The notes under the pieces were generated by a model. That model was not told where the DNA came from and did not search any database. It worked only from the letters and a program-made list of their open reading frames with translations. Positions 10,158 through 19,585 of a DNA stretch of 32,000 nucleotides are shown here, piece after piece (within the stretch, counting starts at the first letter, position 1; the number at the start of each line of letters is the position of its first letter). The DNA is from Candidatus Borrarchaeum yapensis. Its GTDB lineage: Archaea; Asgardarchaeota; Sifarchaeia; Borrarchaeales; Borrarchaeaceae. A program made the position numbers and the translations under genes. The stretch covers positions 33,587-65,586 of the forward strand of contig JAEOSF010000013.1 in the NCBI GenBank assembly GCA_016840515.1. Direction: 5' to 3'.

Positions 10158-11327
10158 TTATCTAATCTGAATGAGTTCAGGAGGAGTGTATGAGAGCCGT
10201 TTGCACCCTGTTTTTGTTATTACGATGTCATCTTCCAGTCGAACTCCACCAAGATCTTTAATATAAAGTCCTGGCTCAACAGTGAGTACCATATTAGTTT
10301 CTAGTAGCTGTTCAGAATTTGGTGATTTTTTGGAGATAATCGGTCCAACATCATGCACTTCTATGCCGAGAGGATGTCCCGTTGCATGAATAAAAAGTTT
10401 TTTTTCATCAAAGCCAAATTCCTCAATAGTCGCTCGGGTTATTTCATCAAGAGTATATGCTGGAATTCCTGGTTTTGCTGCTTTTATTGCGCGTTCTTTT
10501 GCCTCATAGACAGCCTCGTACATTCTAAGCGCTTGTTCAGTAGGTTTACCTGTATAGAAGGTCCATGTTTGGTCTGAGGAAGCTGGTGAAGGATCTGTAA
10601 TAGAAATACCCATGTCAATCAAAAGTAATTCATCATTTCCTAGTTTTTCAAAGGAAGATGGAACGTGGTGAGGACTAGCTGCATCTGGACCTATGCCTAC
10701 AATCGTGTCAAACGCAGGTTCTCCAACTTTTTTTGATCGACAATCTATTTCGGAAAGTATATCTCGTTCTGACATACCAACATGAACAAAATTTGGTATA
10801 TCTTCCAAAATTTCCAGTGTATACTTGCATGCTATTTCGTGAGCCTTTATTTCAGCTTCAGTTTTTTTTGTGCGTAATTTTTTTAGAAATGGCGCTGCAG
10901 ATTCAAAACTAATTTCAGGAAACATCGTTTTTAATTTAGTTACTTCTCCATAAGTCATAAGATCAAATGTATCATCACGTCCCAGTGGATCATCCACATA
11001 GTCAAGAATGATCTTAGAAGTATCTGAAAACTGAGAAAATTCATTTTTTATCTGTTCAACTAATTGCTTTGTATCACTGTAAGAAGAAACTTCAATGCCT
11101 ACTATATCCTCGAAAATTGGCGCTTCCATCTGCGATACTATGATATGAGGATTTTCGTTAGGTGTAACAATGATAGATAGCCTTCCCGGATTTTTTTTCC
11201 CGAGCAAAAGAAGAGCATGTAGATCCTGTCCGTGATTTGTTAAAATTACCCATCCATCATAATTCAGTTCCTTAAGTAATTCTTGAGCATGTTTTATTCT
11301 TTCTGCAGTCATAGCTAGACCCACCAA
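10158..11327 (-). CDS. M24B-family Xaa-Pro aminopeptidase/dipeptidase
   Basis: Metal-ligand regions LLIDMGISITDPSPASSDQTWTFYTGKP, FIHATGHPLGIEVHDVG, VLTVEPGLYI, GGVRLEDDIVIT. Confidence 0.88.
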   Translation of the reverse strand: MVGLAMTAERIKHAQELLKELNYDGWVILTNHGQDLHALLLLGKKNPGRLSIIVTPNENPHIIVSQMEAPIFEDIVGIEVSSYSDTKQLVEQIKNEFSQFSDTSKIILDYVDDPLGRDDTFDLMTYGEVTKLKTMFPEISFESAAPFLKKLRTKKTEAEIKAHEIACKYTLEILEDIPNFVHVGMSERDILSEIDCRSKKVGEPAFDTIVGIGPDAASPHHVPSSFEKLGNDELLLIDMGISITDPSPASSDQTWTFYTGKPTEQALRMYEAVYEAKERAIKAAKPGIPAYTLDEITRATIEEFGFDEKKLFIHATGHPLGIEVHDVGPIISKKSPNSEQLLETNMVLTVEPGLYIKDLGGVRLEDDIVITKTGCKRLSYTPPELIQIR

Positions 11328-11351
11328 GATATCTTTTAAAAAATTGAAGTT

Positions 11352-12020
11352 CTATAAAAGCTTAAGTTGATTTAGTAGTTGAAATGTATGCGTCTTTTTT
11401 TCGATTTCATATTTTTTGATAAGGGCAAGATCTTGAGAAGTATCAATATCAAGCATTAATTTTGGTGAATTAAATATAGTATATGAAACATGAAAATAGC
11501 GAGCGATTCTAGTATGAATTATGCTACTATTTGATCCATAATAAACATGTGGAATTACTTCTGGAGGTTTTCTTAACAAAATATTGGTACCGTTGTCTTT
11601 TGAAGGAGCGATTACGACCCATGGACGACTTATTGCCTTTTTAATAATAAGATCAAGAAGACGTGGTGTAATTAGAGGTATATCTCCAAGAATAACAATC
11701 ACACCCTCAGCACCCTGTTTTTCTAACTTGTGTGTCCCCTCAGAAACAGCAATATTTAATCCTTGCTCTTTTGCCTCAAGGATTGTGTTAGCACCTAATT
11801 TCTTCGCAAGTGTAACTATCTCCTGATCTGGTGACATTACAAAAGTTTCGGTAATATTCTCTGATTCTAAAGTTGATTGAACTACATCGGAGAGCATAGC
11901 TTTGGTGAGCATTTTTCGAGATTCAAGAGATAAATTGCTAATACGAGTTTTTGAATTCTCCAATTTCTTCAATGGAATAAGCGCATATATGTTCAAAACA
12001 TCACCGTTTACAGACGTCAA
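11352..12020 (-). CDS. cofC: 2-phospho-L-lactate guanylyltransferase (coenzyme F420 biosynthesis)
   Basis: ALIPLKKLENSKTRI, VILGDIPLITPRLLD, VIAPSKDNGTNILLRKPPEVIPHVYYGSNS, matching the CofC pattern. Confidence 0.8.
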   Translation of the reverse strand: MTSVNGDVLNIYALIPLKKLENSKTRISNLSLESRKMLTKAMLSDVVQSTLESENITETFVMSPDQEIVTLAKKLGANTILEAKEQGLNIAVSEGTHKLEKQGAEGVIVILGDIPLITPRLLDLIIKKAISRPWVVIAPSKDNGTNILLRKPPEVIPHVYYGSNSSIIHTRIARYFHVSYTIFNSPKLMLDIDTSQDLALIKKYEIEKKTHTFQLLNQLKLL

Positions 12021-12069
12021 AAGCTATTGTGATTTTTAGTCTTATTTAAATGACGAGGAAAGACATACG

Positions 12070-12077
12070 TTTATAAA
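12070..12077 (+). promoter_or_regulatory. TATA box for the IPMDH/IDH-like gene
   Basis: TTTATAAA about 40-50 nt upstream of the candidate starts 12114/12117/12123. Confidence 0.4.
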
Positions 12078-12113
12078 ACTTGCACTACCACTTTTAAGCT
12101 ATCATCAGTCGAT

Positions 12114-13139
12114 GTGATGATTATGACAAAGACATTTGAAATCGCCGTAATTTCAGGGGATGGAATTGGACCTGAGATAACTACTGCAACAAGCAAAGTG
12201 CTTGAAATATTATCAGATAAATATAATTTTTCCTTTCGGTTTAAGGAGATACTTGCAGGAGACAGAGCTCTAAAGGAAACTGGTCAAGCATTGCCCAGTA
12301 ATGCCATAGATGAAATTAAAAAGTGTTCATGTTGCTTAAAAGCGCCAATTGGTGAGTCAGCAAAATACGTAGTTTTACCCCTTAGACAAGAACTCAACCT
12401 CTTCGCAAACATCAGACCCGCAAAAACAATTCCTGGCATTCCAAGTATCCATTCAGGAGTTGACTTGGTAATTGTTAGGGAAAACACTGAGGGGCTCTAT
12501 AAGAAAATAGATGATATAACAAAAGAATGTGCGATTAATGTTCGAATGATCACAAAGGAAGCAACTGAGCGGATCATGACCGTTGCCTGCAAAATGGCAA
12601 GAGAACGGCAGAAAAAACTTACTATTGTCCATAAGGCTAATGTGATGATGAGTTGTGTATTCTTTCGAAATGTCTGTCTAGAAATTGCAAAGAATTTCAA
12701 TGATATTGACATAAATGAAATGTATGTAGACAACGCAGCATACCAACTGGTGATCAATCCTCAACAATTTGATACTCTAGTTACTACTAACATGTTTGGA
12801 GATATTCTAAGCGATGAAGCCGCAGGAGTCACTGGAAGTTTGGGGATTCTTCCTTCTTCAAACCTTGGACAGGATATTGCTATGTTTGAACCAGTCCATG
12901 GTGCGGCTTTCGATATTGAAGGAAAGGGTATAGCGAATCCTACTGCAATATTGTTAAGTTGCTCGATGATGCTAGATTGGCTAGGTGAAAAATATTCGAT
13001 AAGTGATGCAAAACAGGCAGCAAAAGACCTAGAAAACTCTATTTTAAAAATATATGAAGAAACCAACATTAGAACTCCAGATCTTGGCGGTAAAAATACT
13101 ACTAACGACTTCATAAGAGAGTTACTCTCCATATTTTAA
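12114..13139 (+). CDS. Isopropylmalate/isocitrate dehydrogenase family protein (start may be 12117 or 12123)
   Basis: VISGDGIGPEIT, NLFANIRPAKTIPGI, DLVIVRENTEGLY, NMFGDILSDEAAGVTGSLGILPSSNLG, FEPVHGAAFDIEGKGIANPTA. Confidence 0.9.
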   Translation: MMIMTKTFEIAVISGDGIGPEITTATSKVLEILSDKYNFSFRFKEILAGDRALKETGQALPSNAIDEIKKCSCCLKAPIGESAKYVVLPLRQELNLFANIRPAKTIPGIPSIHSGVDLVIVRENTEGLYKKIDDITKECAINVRMITKEATERIMTVACKMARERQKKLTIVHKANVMMSCVFFRNVCLEIAKNFNDIDINEMYVDNAAYQLVINPQQFDTLVTTNMFGDILSDEAAGVTGSLGILPSSNLGQDIAMFEPVHGAAFDIEGKGIANPTAILLSCSMMLDWLGEKYSISDAKQAAKDLENSILKIYEETNIRTPDLGGKNTTNDFIRELLSIF

Positions 13140-13206
13140 TTTCTTCCAAAAGATTTTTCTAGGTCTAAAGGTGAGATGACATAAGGACTAATGGTTATCT
13201 CACTTT

Positions 13207-13707
13207 TTGGAGTTGGGTATATTGGAAAAGGTTAGAATGCCAGAACTTGATAGGGTTGACCGGCCTAATTTAGGCGCAACAATAGACATTCGACTATTCA
13301 GAGCATTAAGTTTATTCAGCCTACGTGATGTCGTTGGAGAGGATGCATCAAAAACACTGGCTTATGCAGGTGGTAAGGCGTTGGGTAGGAGAACAAAATT
13401 TAAGGAATTCGAAGAATTTTTGCAGTGGATGGAAAAGAAAAGTATTGCAAGAACAAAATCATTTACATTTGATTCAGATAAAGGGATCGGAAATCTGATA
13501 TTGCTGGAGACCCTATCATCTGCAGGTCTTCCAAACCTAGGAAAGCCGGCATGCAGCTTTGAAACAGGACTTATTTCAGGTGTCATTGAACGATTAAAAG
13601 ACAGACGATGTCTTGTACGCGAGATCAGGTGCTATGGAAAAGGGGACCCTGAATGTGAATTCTACATAGAAGTACTTGATGTACCAGCATATTTGAAGAG
13701 AATGTAA
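13207..13707 (+). CDS. V4R (4-vinyl reductase) domain protein; probable true start at ATG 13237
   Basis: C-terminal pattern LVREIRCYGKGDPECEFYIEVL is typical of V4R domains. Internal start MPELDR. Confidence 0.7.
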   Translation: MELGILEKVRMPELDRVDRPNLGATIDIRLFRALSLFSLRDVVGEDASKTLAYAGGKALGRRTKFKEFEEFLQWMEKKSIARTKSFTFDSDKGIGNLILLETLSSAGLPNLGKPACSFETGLISGVIERLKDRRCLVREIRCYGKGDPECEFYIEVLDVPAYLKRM

Positions 13708-13884
13708 CGTTTTTTTATCTTTTTCCCTCTCAAAAACTGACATTATATTCAGAAAAAATGATTTTTGATCTGTAGTAGTTCGTTCACAACAATTGATTAC
13801 TCTAAGATGACGCAAATGAGTCTAAAAATTTTAGAAAAAGTCTTCAGCAATAAAACGTGGAATTACATCAACCATTCCACTGTT

Positions 13885-14658
13885 TTATAAATAATTGTAA
13901 GGTTTCATTGTAGCCTTCCCAATTTTCCCAACTATTTCAGGATTTTTTATAGCAGCCCTAGCAATTGAAAATGCATCGGCACCGGCGTTCAGCATTTGTA
14001 GTGCTGAATTAATGTCTTTTACAGAATTATTACCTATCAAAAATGTATCGACAGAGTTGGATATCCTTTTTATAACGTCTAAGTCAGCATAAGGAGATCC
14101 AGGTTTCATTGCATCGACATGAATAGCATCTGCACCTGCTGTAACCATATTTTTCACTAAAGTCACTTCATCAACGATGTTGGCCCGAATTTTAACAATT
14201 AGGGGAATATTCACATTATTTTTGAGGATTGTAATCCACTGACACAATTTTTTGGAGTTTTTTAGGAGTGCCTGTCCAGTTCCTAGATCCATAATTTCTG
14301 GTTGTCTACAATGTGCATTTAGTTCAATAGCATCCGCACCTGCATCCTGTGATATTTTTGCTGCCAGAAGTAACCCATCTCTTGAGGTAACACGTATATT
14401 TATATTTACGAGAGTTTTTCCTTCACGGGCAATAGAAACTTGACGTTCAGTATATTCTGGCAGTTCCTCAAGATCTATAATAAATTCTGGCCTTTCTCTA
14501 GTTGTGATAAGTTTTGCTGCGCTAAGCGTTGCCTTATCAAAATTAAATCCGCCAAGAGTAATCATGCCAGCTCCACCTTTCGCAACTCGTGCACAAAAAT
14601 CACCATTAGTAACGCCCGCTATTGCGGATAGTATTGCTGGATTTTGCAACTTTAACAT
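13885..14658 (-). CDS. TIM-barrel flavoprotein-like protein (dihydrouridine synthase / dihydroorotate dehydrogenase-like), coupled to cofD
   Basis: ITLGGFNFD, ADAIELNAHCRQPEI, VKIRANIVDE, AGADAIHVDAMKPG, FLIGNNSV, AGADAFSIARA; overlaps the 3' end of cofD. Confidence 0.65.
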   Translation of the reverse strand: MLKLQNPAILSAIAGVTNGDFCARVAKGGAGMITLGGFNFDKATLSAAKLITTRERPEFIIDLEELPEYTERQVSIAREGKTLVNINIRVTSRDGLLLAAKISQDAGADAIELNAHCRQPEIMDLGTGQALLKNSKKLCQWITILKNNVNIPLIVKIRANIVDEVTLVKNMVTAGADAIHVDAMKPGSPYADLDVIKRISNSVDTFLIGNNSVKDINSALQMLNAGADAFSIARAAIKNPEIVGKIGKATMKPYNYL

Positions 14659-15509
14659 GTTTTTTCCTCAATTAAACGAAGGATTTCTTGAGCAAGATTG
14701 ATTTTATCATCAAGACTCTTCATTATGATATTAGTAGAAAACACAGATATTCCTAGTTCTTCAATTTGAGGAACCAATCCCGTATCAGTACTATGTATAA
14801 TTAGAACGTCTAAGAAGTTAGAATAGATCTTTGCAATAGCGTACGGAGAAACACTAAGGTTTTGGGTTTCCATGAGTTGACCAGCAGGGCCGCTCAATGG
14901 TTGTTCTCCGATTATGGGGGAAATCGCGATTTTCATGCCTTGTGTCCTTTCTAAGGCAGTTTTGATACCTTTTACTTCCAGGATAGGTCCTATTGAGGTC
15001 ACAGGATTACTTGGTCCGATAATTATGGCATCACTTTCCATAATTGAATCAATTACATCTGGGGTTGGTTCTGCTTTCTTAATTCCTTCAAATTCAACCG
15101 AAAATACCTTTACATTTGCATGTTCCCTTACCCAAAACTCCTGAAAATTCAATTTACCCTTGTCAGTAAAAACCATTGTTGTGACTTTTTGGTCAGTCAT
15201 GGGAATTATTTGAGGCTTTATATTCAAGCGCATGCAGACATCATTGATAATTTCAGATAAAGAAAGACCTTCTTTTAATAAACGCGTCCTATGGATATGA
15301 AGTGCGAGATCACGATCCCCTAATTGAAACCATGGATCATAACCATACAGTTTTAACATATCAAGGCAATTATAAGTGTCGCCTTTTATTCCCCACCATT
15401 TTTCTTCATCTAAAAAACTTTTTAGGCAGTAGAGGACAGAATCAATGTCTGGGCAGACATAAAGACCATAAAAATAGTAATCATCTGCAGTATTACAAAT
15501 TATAGTCAA
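14652..15509 (-). CDS. cofD: 2-phospho-L-lactate transferase (coenzyme F420 biosynthesis)
   Basis: GDRDLALHIHRTRLLKEGLSLSEI, IIGPSNPVTSIGPILEVKGIK, IAISPIIGEQPLSGPAGQLM are CofD hallmarks. Confidence 0.9.
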   Translation of the reverse strand: MTIICNTADDYYFYGLYVCPDIDSVLYCLKSFLDEEKWWGIKGDTYNCLDMLKLYGYDPWFQLGDRDLALHIHRTRLLKEGLSLSEIINDVCMRLNIKPQIIPMTDQKVTTMVFTDKGKLNFQEFWVREHANVKVFSVEFEGIKKAEPTPDVIDSIMESDAIIIGPSNPVTSIGPILEVKGIKTALERTQGMKIAISPIIGEQPLSGPAGQLMETQNLSVSPYAIAKIYSNFLDVLIIHSTDTGLVPQIEELGISVFSTNIIMKSLDDKINLAQEILRLIEEKTC

Positions 15510-15645
15510 ATTTTCCTCAGAAACAAGCCTTACAAGACCTTGCAGTAATTTTGGAGTACCAGTCCCTCCACTTAACAGCGTAATGCGAATTACTGCGCAC
15601 CTCCTAATAATAACAAAACAATAATCCGCGGAAATGTAAAAAAGA

Positions 15646-16215
15646 CTATTCTACAACGACTCGATAGACGATATGTAAACCTGCAGTAGGGCTTTCTCGA
15701 TATATTTTTACTATTCGTCCAGGTTTTGCCCCTATAGCTTTTGCTGCGGGATCCGCGGCTTGAATTGCAGGAAGTTGAAATTTGTTAATGTTATAGTGTT
15801 TTAAAACTTCATTCGCTTCCTTTTCAGATAATAATTCATGTTTTGGAACAAGAACATGCTCAAAAATATTAAAAATAGGATACTTTGTTGGAAGCAATTC
15901 AATATTCTTCTTTTTTGATTCAGCCTTTGCGGCTGGCGTATATCTTTCTAAAGTTGCAAGTAGCGCCTGATCTACACCATGTTTTTTCATTGCTTTATCT
16001 AATGCTCGTACTAATGCAACACCGACAACATTTTTGCTAGGAATGCGAACTAAAAACTTTAGTTCTTCTTTATCCTCTTTCTTTTTTGCGAGGATATCGA
16101 TTTCTGACTCTTGCTCTTCAATCGATTCGACTTTATATTTTCTATTTTCAAGCAGTTGTAATACTCCTTCTTTCACACGTTTCATCGTTTGACTCAAGGC
16201 CAGCGCCTCCCTCAA
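15646..16215 (-). CDS. rpoH: DNA-directed RNA polymerase subunit H / Rpb5 with additional N-terminal domain
   Basis: C-terminal EHVLVPKHELLSEKEANEVLKHYNINKFQLPAIQAADPAAKAIGAKPGRIVKIYRESPTAGLHIVYRVVVE is classical RpoH/Rpb5. The ~110 aa N-terminal extension resembles the eukaryotic Rpb5 jaw domain. Confidence 0.92.
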   Translation of the reverse strand: MREALALSQTMKRVKEGVLQLLENRKYKVESIEEQESEIDILAKKKEDKEELKFLVRIPSKNVVGVALVRALDKAMKKHGVDQALLATLERYTPAAKAESKKKNIELLPTKYPIFNIFEHVLVPKHELLSEKEANEVLKHYNINKFQLPAIQAADPAAKAIGAKPGRIVKIYRESPTAGLHIVYRVVVE

Positions 16216-16231
16216 AACTCAAATGTATTTA

Positions 16232-16243
16232 TTTTTTATAAAT
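16232..16243 (-). promoter_or_regulatory. Putative TATA box for rpoH (nearly leaderless arrangement)
   Basis: Reverse-strand ATTTATAAAAAA about 20-25 nt upstream of the 16215 start. Confidence 0.4.
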
Positions 16244-16344
16244 GAAGCAAATACACTTCACATGATAAGTTTAAAAAGACTTAGCAGATTTTATAAGTCT
16301 TATTAGCAAAAATTTATTCGTCTTTAAAAAACGGGGGCTTATAT

Positions 16345-16878
16345 GTGTACCGAAACAGGAAGTTGATGATTTTAATTTCAATCTTGTTTGTGCTTACGAT
16401 CTCATTAAGTATATATCCTAAAGAAACTCACGCAGACGTTGTAGTCAACGTCATCCCCTATGAAAATCAAGTTGTCAAAGGCGATTTGCTTGAGGTCAAT
16501 GTAACTGTATTTGATAATGGAGATCCCGTCGGAAACGCTAGAATCAAATTAACTTTGAGTCAACTCTCAACAGAGTTTGAAGTAACATCTTCGATGTTTG
16601 CAAAACTTCAAACTGGTATTTACAAAACGAGCTTCAACACATCTTCACTAGCAATAGGAACGTGGAGTTTGACAGCGGAAGTCCAAGCCAGAGGAGATAC
16701 ACATCACGGACAATCTAGTGTTACCATTATTGAGTCTCCAGAGAGGGAAACATCTGAAAACATTGTATTTCTGATTATTGCGGCAGCAGGAATATGTATT
16801 GGAGCAGTAGGACTTGCATATGTTTCTGCAATAGAATTATTTGGCACAAGGAAGAAGAAAAAGAGCAAAGGAAAATAA
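16345..16878 (+). CDS. Secreted/membrane-anchored protein with Ig-like (bacterial/archaeal) domain
   Basis: GTG start after a G-rich SD. N-terminal hydrophobic signal (LMILISILFVLTISLSIYP), beta-sandwich-like middle (VTVFDNGDPVGNARIKLTLSQ), C-terminal TM (IVFLIIAAAGICIGAVGLAYVSA) plus basic tail. Confidence 0.6.
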   Translation: MYRNRKLMILISILFVLTISLSIYPKETHADVVVNVIPYENQVVKGDLLEVNVTVFDNGDPVGNARIKLTLSQLSTEFEVTSSMFAKLQTGIYKTSFNTSSLAIGTWSLTAEVQARGDTHHGQSSVTIIESPERETSENIVFLIIAAAGICIGAVGLAYVSAIELFGTRKKKKSKGK

Positions 16879-16922
16879 TTGTCTCAAAATAATGGACCAT
16901 ATATACTTTTTTTAACCAGGAA

Positions 16923-17714
16923 TTGACCAACATGACAGATATTATTGTATGTTTGACTTTTGACTATGATGCGGAAAGTGTCCAAATCCGAGCACTTGAA
17001 GAAGCAGTAAGAGTCTCAAAAGGACAATTTGCCGTTAATCGAGGCTTGTCTAGAATACTTGACCTCCTTAAAAAACACAAAATTCAAGGAACTTTTTTTA
17101 CATGTGGATGGGTCGCAGATAAATATCCAGAAACTGTGAGCGAAATCGTTTCGCACGACCACGAAATTGCCGCACATGGCTATCTACATGAGAATTTCGA
17201 TACCCTCTCAGTCTATGAGCAAAAAGATGCACTTCAAAAGACTCACAAGGCTCTGGAAAAAATTGGAGGTTCAGGTTCAGTAAAAGGATTTAGAGCTCCA
17301 TACTGGAGACTGGCTCATAATACACTTCAGTTGATCACGGAAATGGGCTATATTTATGATTCGAGTCTGATGGCAGATGATAGACCTTATGTTTTACAGT
17401 TTTCAGACATTGCCGGAAAGTTAGTTGAATTCCCTGTAGAATGGTTTCTCGATGATTGGCCTTTATTCGAAATGAAACAAGAATCGCCATCATCAGTTTT
17501 TGAAACATGGAAAGCTCAGTTTGATGCCCTAATAGAAATGGAAGACATCCCAGAGGGTTACCGAGTTTTTAACCTTACACTCCACCCCTCATGTAGTGGT
17601 CACGCTTATAGAATTCGATTGTTGGAGCGTCTTATCGAGTATATGAAAGCTGCTGGTGCCAAGTTCTCTAAGATGGACGATGTTGCAGAATCTATCTTGG
17701 CAAAAGAAGGATAA
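16923..17714 (+). CDS. Polysaccharide deacetylase family protein (likely start 16932)
   Basis: CLTFDYDAE, GTFFTCGWVADKYPE, EIAAHGYLHENFDTLS, GFRAPYWRL, LTLHPSCSGH. Confidence 0.85.
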   Translation: MTNMTDIIVCLTFDYDAESVQIRALEEAVRVSKGQFAVNRGLSRILDLLKKHKIQGTFFTCGWVADKYPETVSEIVSHDHEIAAHGYLHENFDTLSVYEQKDALQKTHKALEKIGGSGSVKGFRAPYWRLAHNTLQLITEMGYIYDSSLMADDRPYVLQFSDIAGKLVEFPVEWFLDDWPLFEMKQESPSSVFETWKAQFDALIEMEDIPEGYRVFNLTLHPSCSGHAYRIRLLERLIEYMKAAGAKFSKMDDVAESILAKEG

Positions 17715-17719
17715 TATTT

Positions 17720-19045
17720 TCAAATTTTTTGGGCAATCTTAGATACGTTTGACGCTAGACAAGGTACAACTAGTTCATCAAGCGTTAGAGATCCGTGTGA
17801 GCCGAACTTGACTGTGGGACTCATTAATCTATCAATCCAATCCATTTTTTTCTTTTTAGTTGGTTTTGGAAGCTCTAGGTGATAGCCAGTTTTTAAGAAG
17901 ATTATTAGATCGCCAAATCGTTCTTGTAATCTTTTTATGTTGTGATTATTAGACGCGGGACATCCAAGAAAGTCTATCACATCTGAAAAATTATATACAA
18001 CGCCTTTATCTCCAATGAAGTTAGAAAGGAAGTTTTTAGCCTCGTCTAAAAACTCTGATTTTATGTAAAAATGGATTGCACGTCCACTCCTTCCAGGTCT
18101 AAAAGAAAGATATTTGCTTAACTGTTCGATGTCATTCTTCGTAAAAGCAAGTATCCTTTCTATTGGAACTTGACCATGATCAGAAAAGAGAAAAAGAGTA
18201 GTTTTTTCGCTCAAGCCATTTTTCTCTAAAGTTTTAACAAATTCACGAAGTCTGATTTCGAAATAATGAAAACCTGCAAGATATTCTTGACTATTCGGTC
18301 CGTAGAGATGAGAGAGTTCATCCAAATATCCAATATAAATGTTAAGGAGCATTTTAGGCTGCTGAATCTTCTTATTAGTCTTATTCTTTATTATCTTCTT
18401 TGCTTTTGCGAATAAGTCGATCATGTTTGCATAGCCAATGTCATTCCGTATTTTGGGATCTACAAGCAAGTTAGATAGTCCTGTGCCGAGAATCCTGTGG
18501 TGGATTAAACCTACATGTGCAACTAAATCACGATTCATTAAATCATAAAGAGAAGGGTTCCAAGAGAGTTTTCGAAAATTAATTCCGCTTCTCATTAAGC
18601 TGTCTCGCGTTTCAAAGTCAATTGGACTCATCTTTAGGAAATCTATTATGTTGTCATACTCAGGAATGTATATTTTGTGCCCAACGATTCCATGTTCGCA
18701 GGGAGTTAGCCCAGTATGAGCACTCATTAAGCATGTGGATGTTATCGTAGGACACGTTGAAGATAATTGAAATCCATGACTTTTAACTATAGGAAAAAGC
18801 CATTTTGAAACTTCTTGTAGTTTTGTAAAGCCTAAAGTGTCCACTAAAATGACGACAGCAGTTTCAGCACCCTTACATTCATTAGCTTCCAAAACCCGTT
18901 TTGCTTGTGGTAGATCAAAAAGTGATCGCCTTCCAAGATCTTGATCTAAACATTTAAAAGCTGAAGGGACTACCATAGAAATATTCCGATGGTAGTCAGG
19001 GATAGAAAAAGGTGTATTTGATATTGCTTTAAGATCTAAAGACAT
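17720..19045 (-). CDS. Type I phosphodiesterase/nucleotide pyrophosphatase-like (alkaline phosphatase superfamily) protein
   Basis: VVILVDTLGF, PTITSTCLMSAHTGLTPCEHGIVGHKIYIPE, YLDELSHLYGPNSQEY, LFLFSDHGQVP, FGSHGSLTLDEL. Confidence 0.85.
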   Translation of the reverse strand: MSLDLKAISNTPFSIPDYHRNISMVVPSAFKCLDQDLGRRSLFDLPQAKRVLEANECKGAETAVVILVDTLGFTKLQEVSKWLFPIVKSHGFQLSSTCPTITSTCLMSAHTGLTPCEHGIVGHKIYIPEYDNIIDFLKMSPIDFETRDSLMRSGINFRKLSWNPSLYDLMNRDLVAHVGLIHHRILGTGLSNLLVDPKIRNDIGYANMIDLFAKAKKIIKNKTNKKIQQPKMLLNIYIGYLDELSHLYGPNSQEYLAGFHYFEIRLREFVKTLEKNGLSEKTTLFLFSDHGQVPIERILAFTKNDIEQLSKYLSFRPGRSGRAIHFYIKSEFLDEAKNFLSNFIGDKGVVYNFSDVIDFLGCPASNNHNIKRLQERFGDLIIFLKTGYHLELPKPTKKKKMDWIDRLMSPTVKFGSHGSLTLDELVVPCLASNVSKIAQKI

Positions 19046-19214
19046 GTTTGGTGTTTCCCAAAGTTAATTAAGGTTGTTTAAGCGCTCATTTAACTCAAAT
19101 TCTGAATAGAATCTCAGATTTTGCGTTTTCAAGTTAATTGAGAAGACTAAATAAGCTTAAGTGATCTATTTATGAAATAATGTGCTTTAGATATGCATCA
19201 TGTTTTTAACATTA

Positions 19215-19585
19215 TCGGCGGAAAGTTCCCTTCTGTCAGGTGGGGGATGAAAGCCGCTAACTTTATATAGTGTTTTGCCCAGAAGGGTGGTGATGAACAT
19301 CGGGAGGAAGGCAGGGATACAAAACTCCCGGTAGGATGATTGAAGAGGCAACCCTGTGAGCGAGGATTCGTACAGTTGCTAACCATCGCGGTTAACTGCG
19401 AAGGTAAAAGGACAATAGCATTTGACGAACCCATTTGATGTGATGCTGGAATTGAAATCTCCTATCACAGAATGCCAGGTGGACGGGCCATCCTCACAAG
19501 AGGATGATCTGCGACACACAGCCGAACGTAAAACGAGAGTTTCCCGCAAGGGTTGGGAGGACTCGCAGGAAACTTCATCCGTCAG
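19215..19585. ncRNA. Putative structured non-coding RNA of unknown family (strand unresolved; + coordinates analysed)
   Basis: Elevated GC in an AT-rich intergenic gap and many complementary segments: CCCTTCTG/CAGAAGGG, CGGGAG/CTCCCG interleaved with GCAGGG/CCCTGT, CATCCTC-ACAA-GAGGATG, AGTTTCC/GGAAACT, GACGG/CCGTC. No convincing protein reading. Confidence 0.5.

Noticed and set aside
12284-13132. Antisense ORFs against the IPMDH/IDH gene
   Set aside because: The sense protein has full family motifs; the antisense ones have none.
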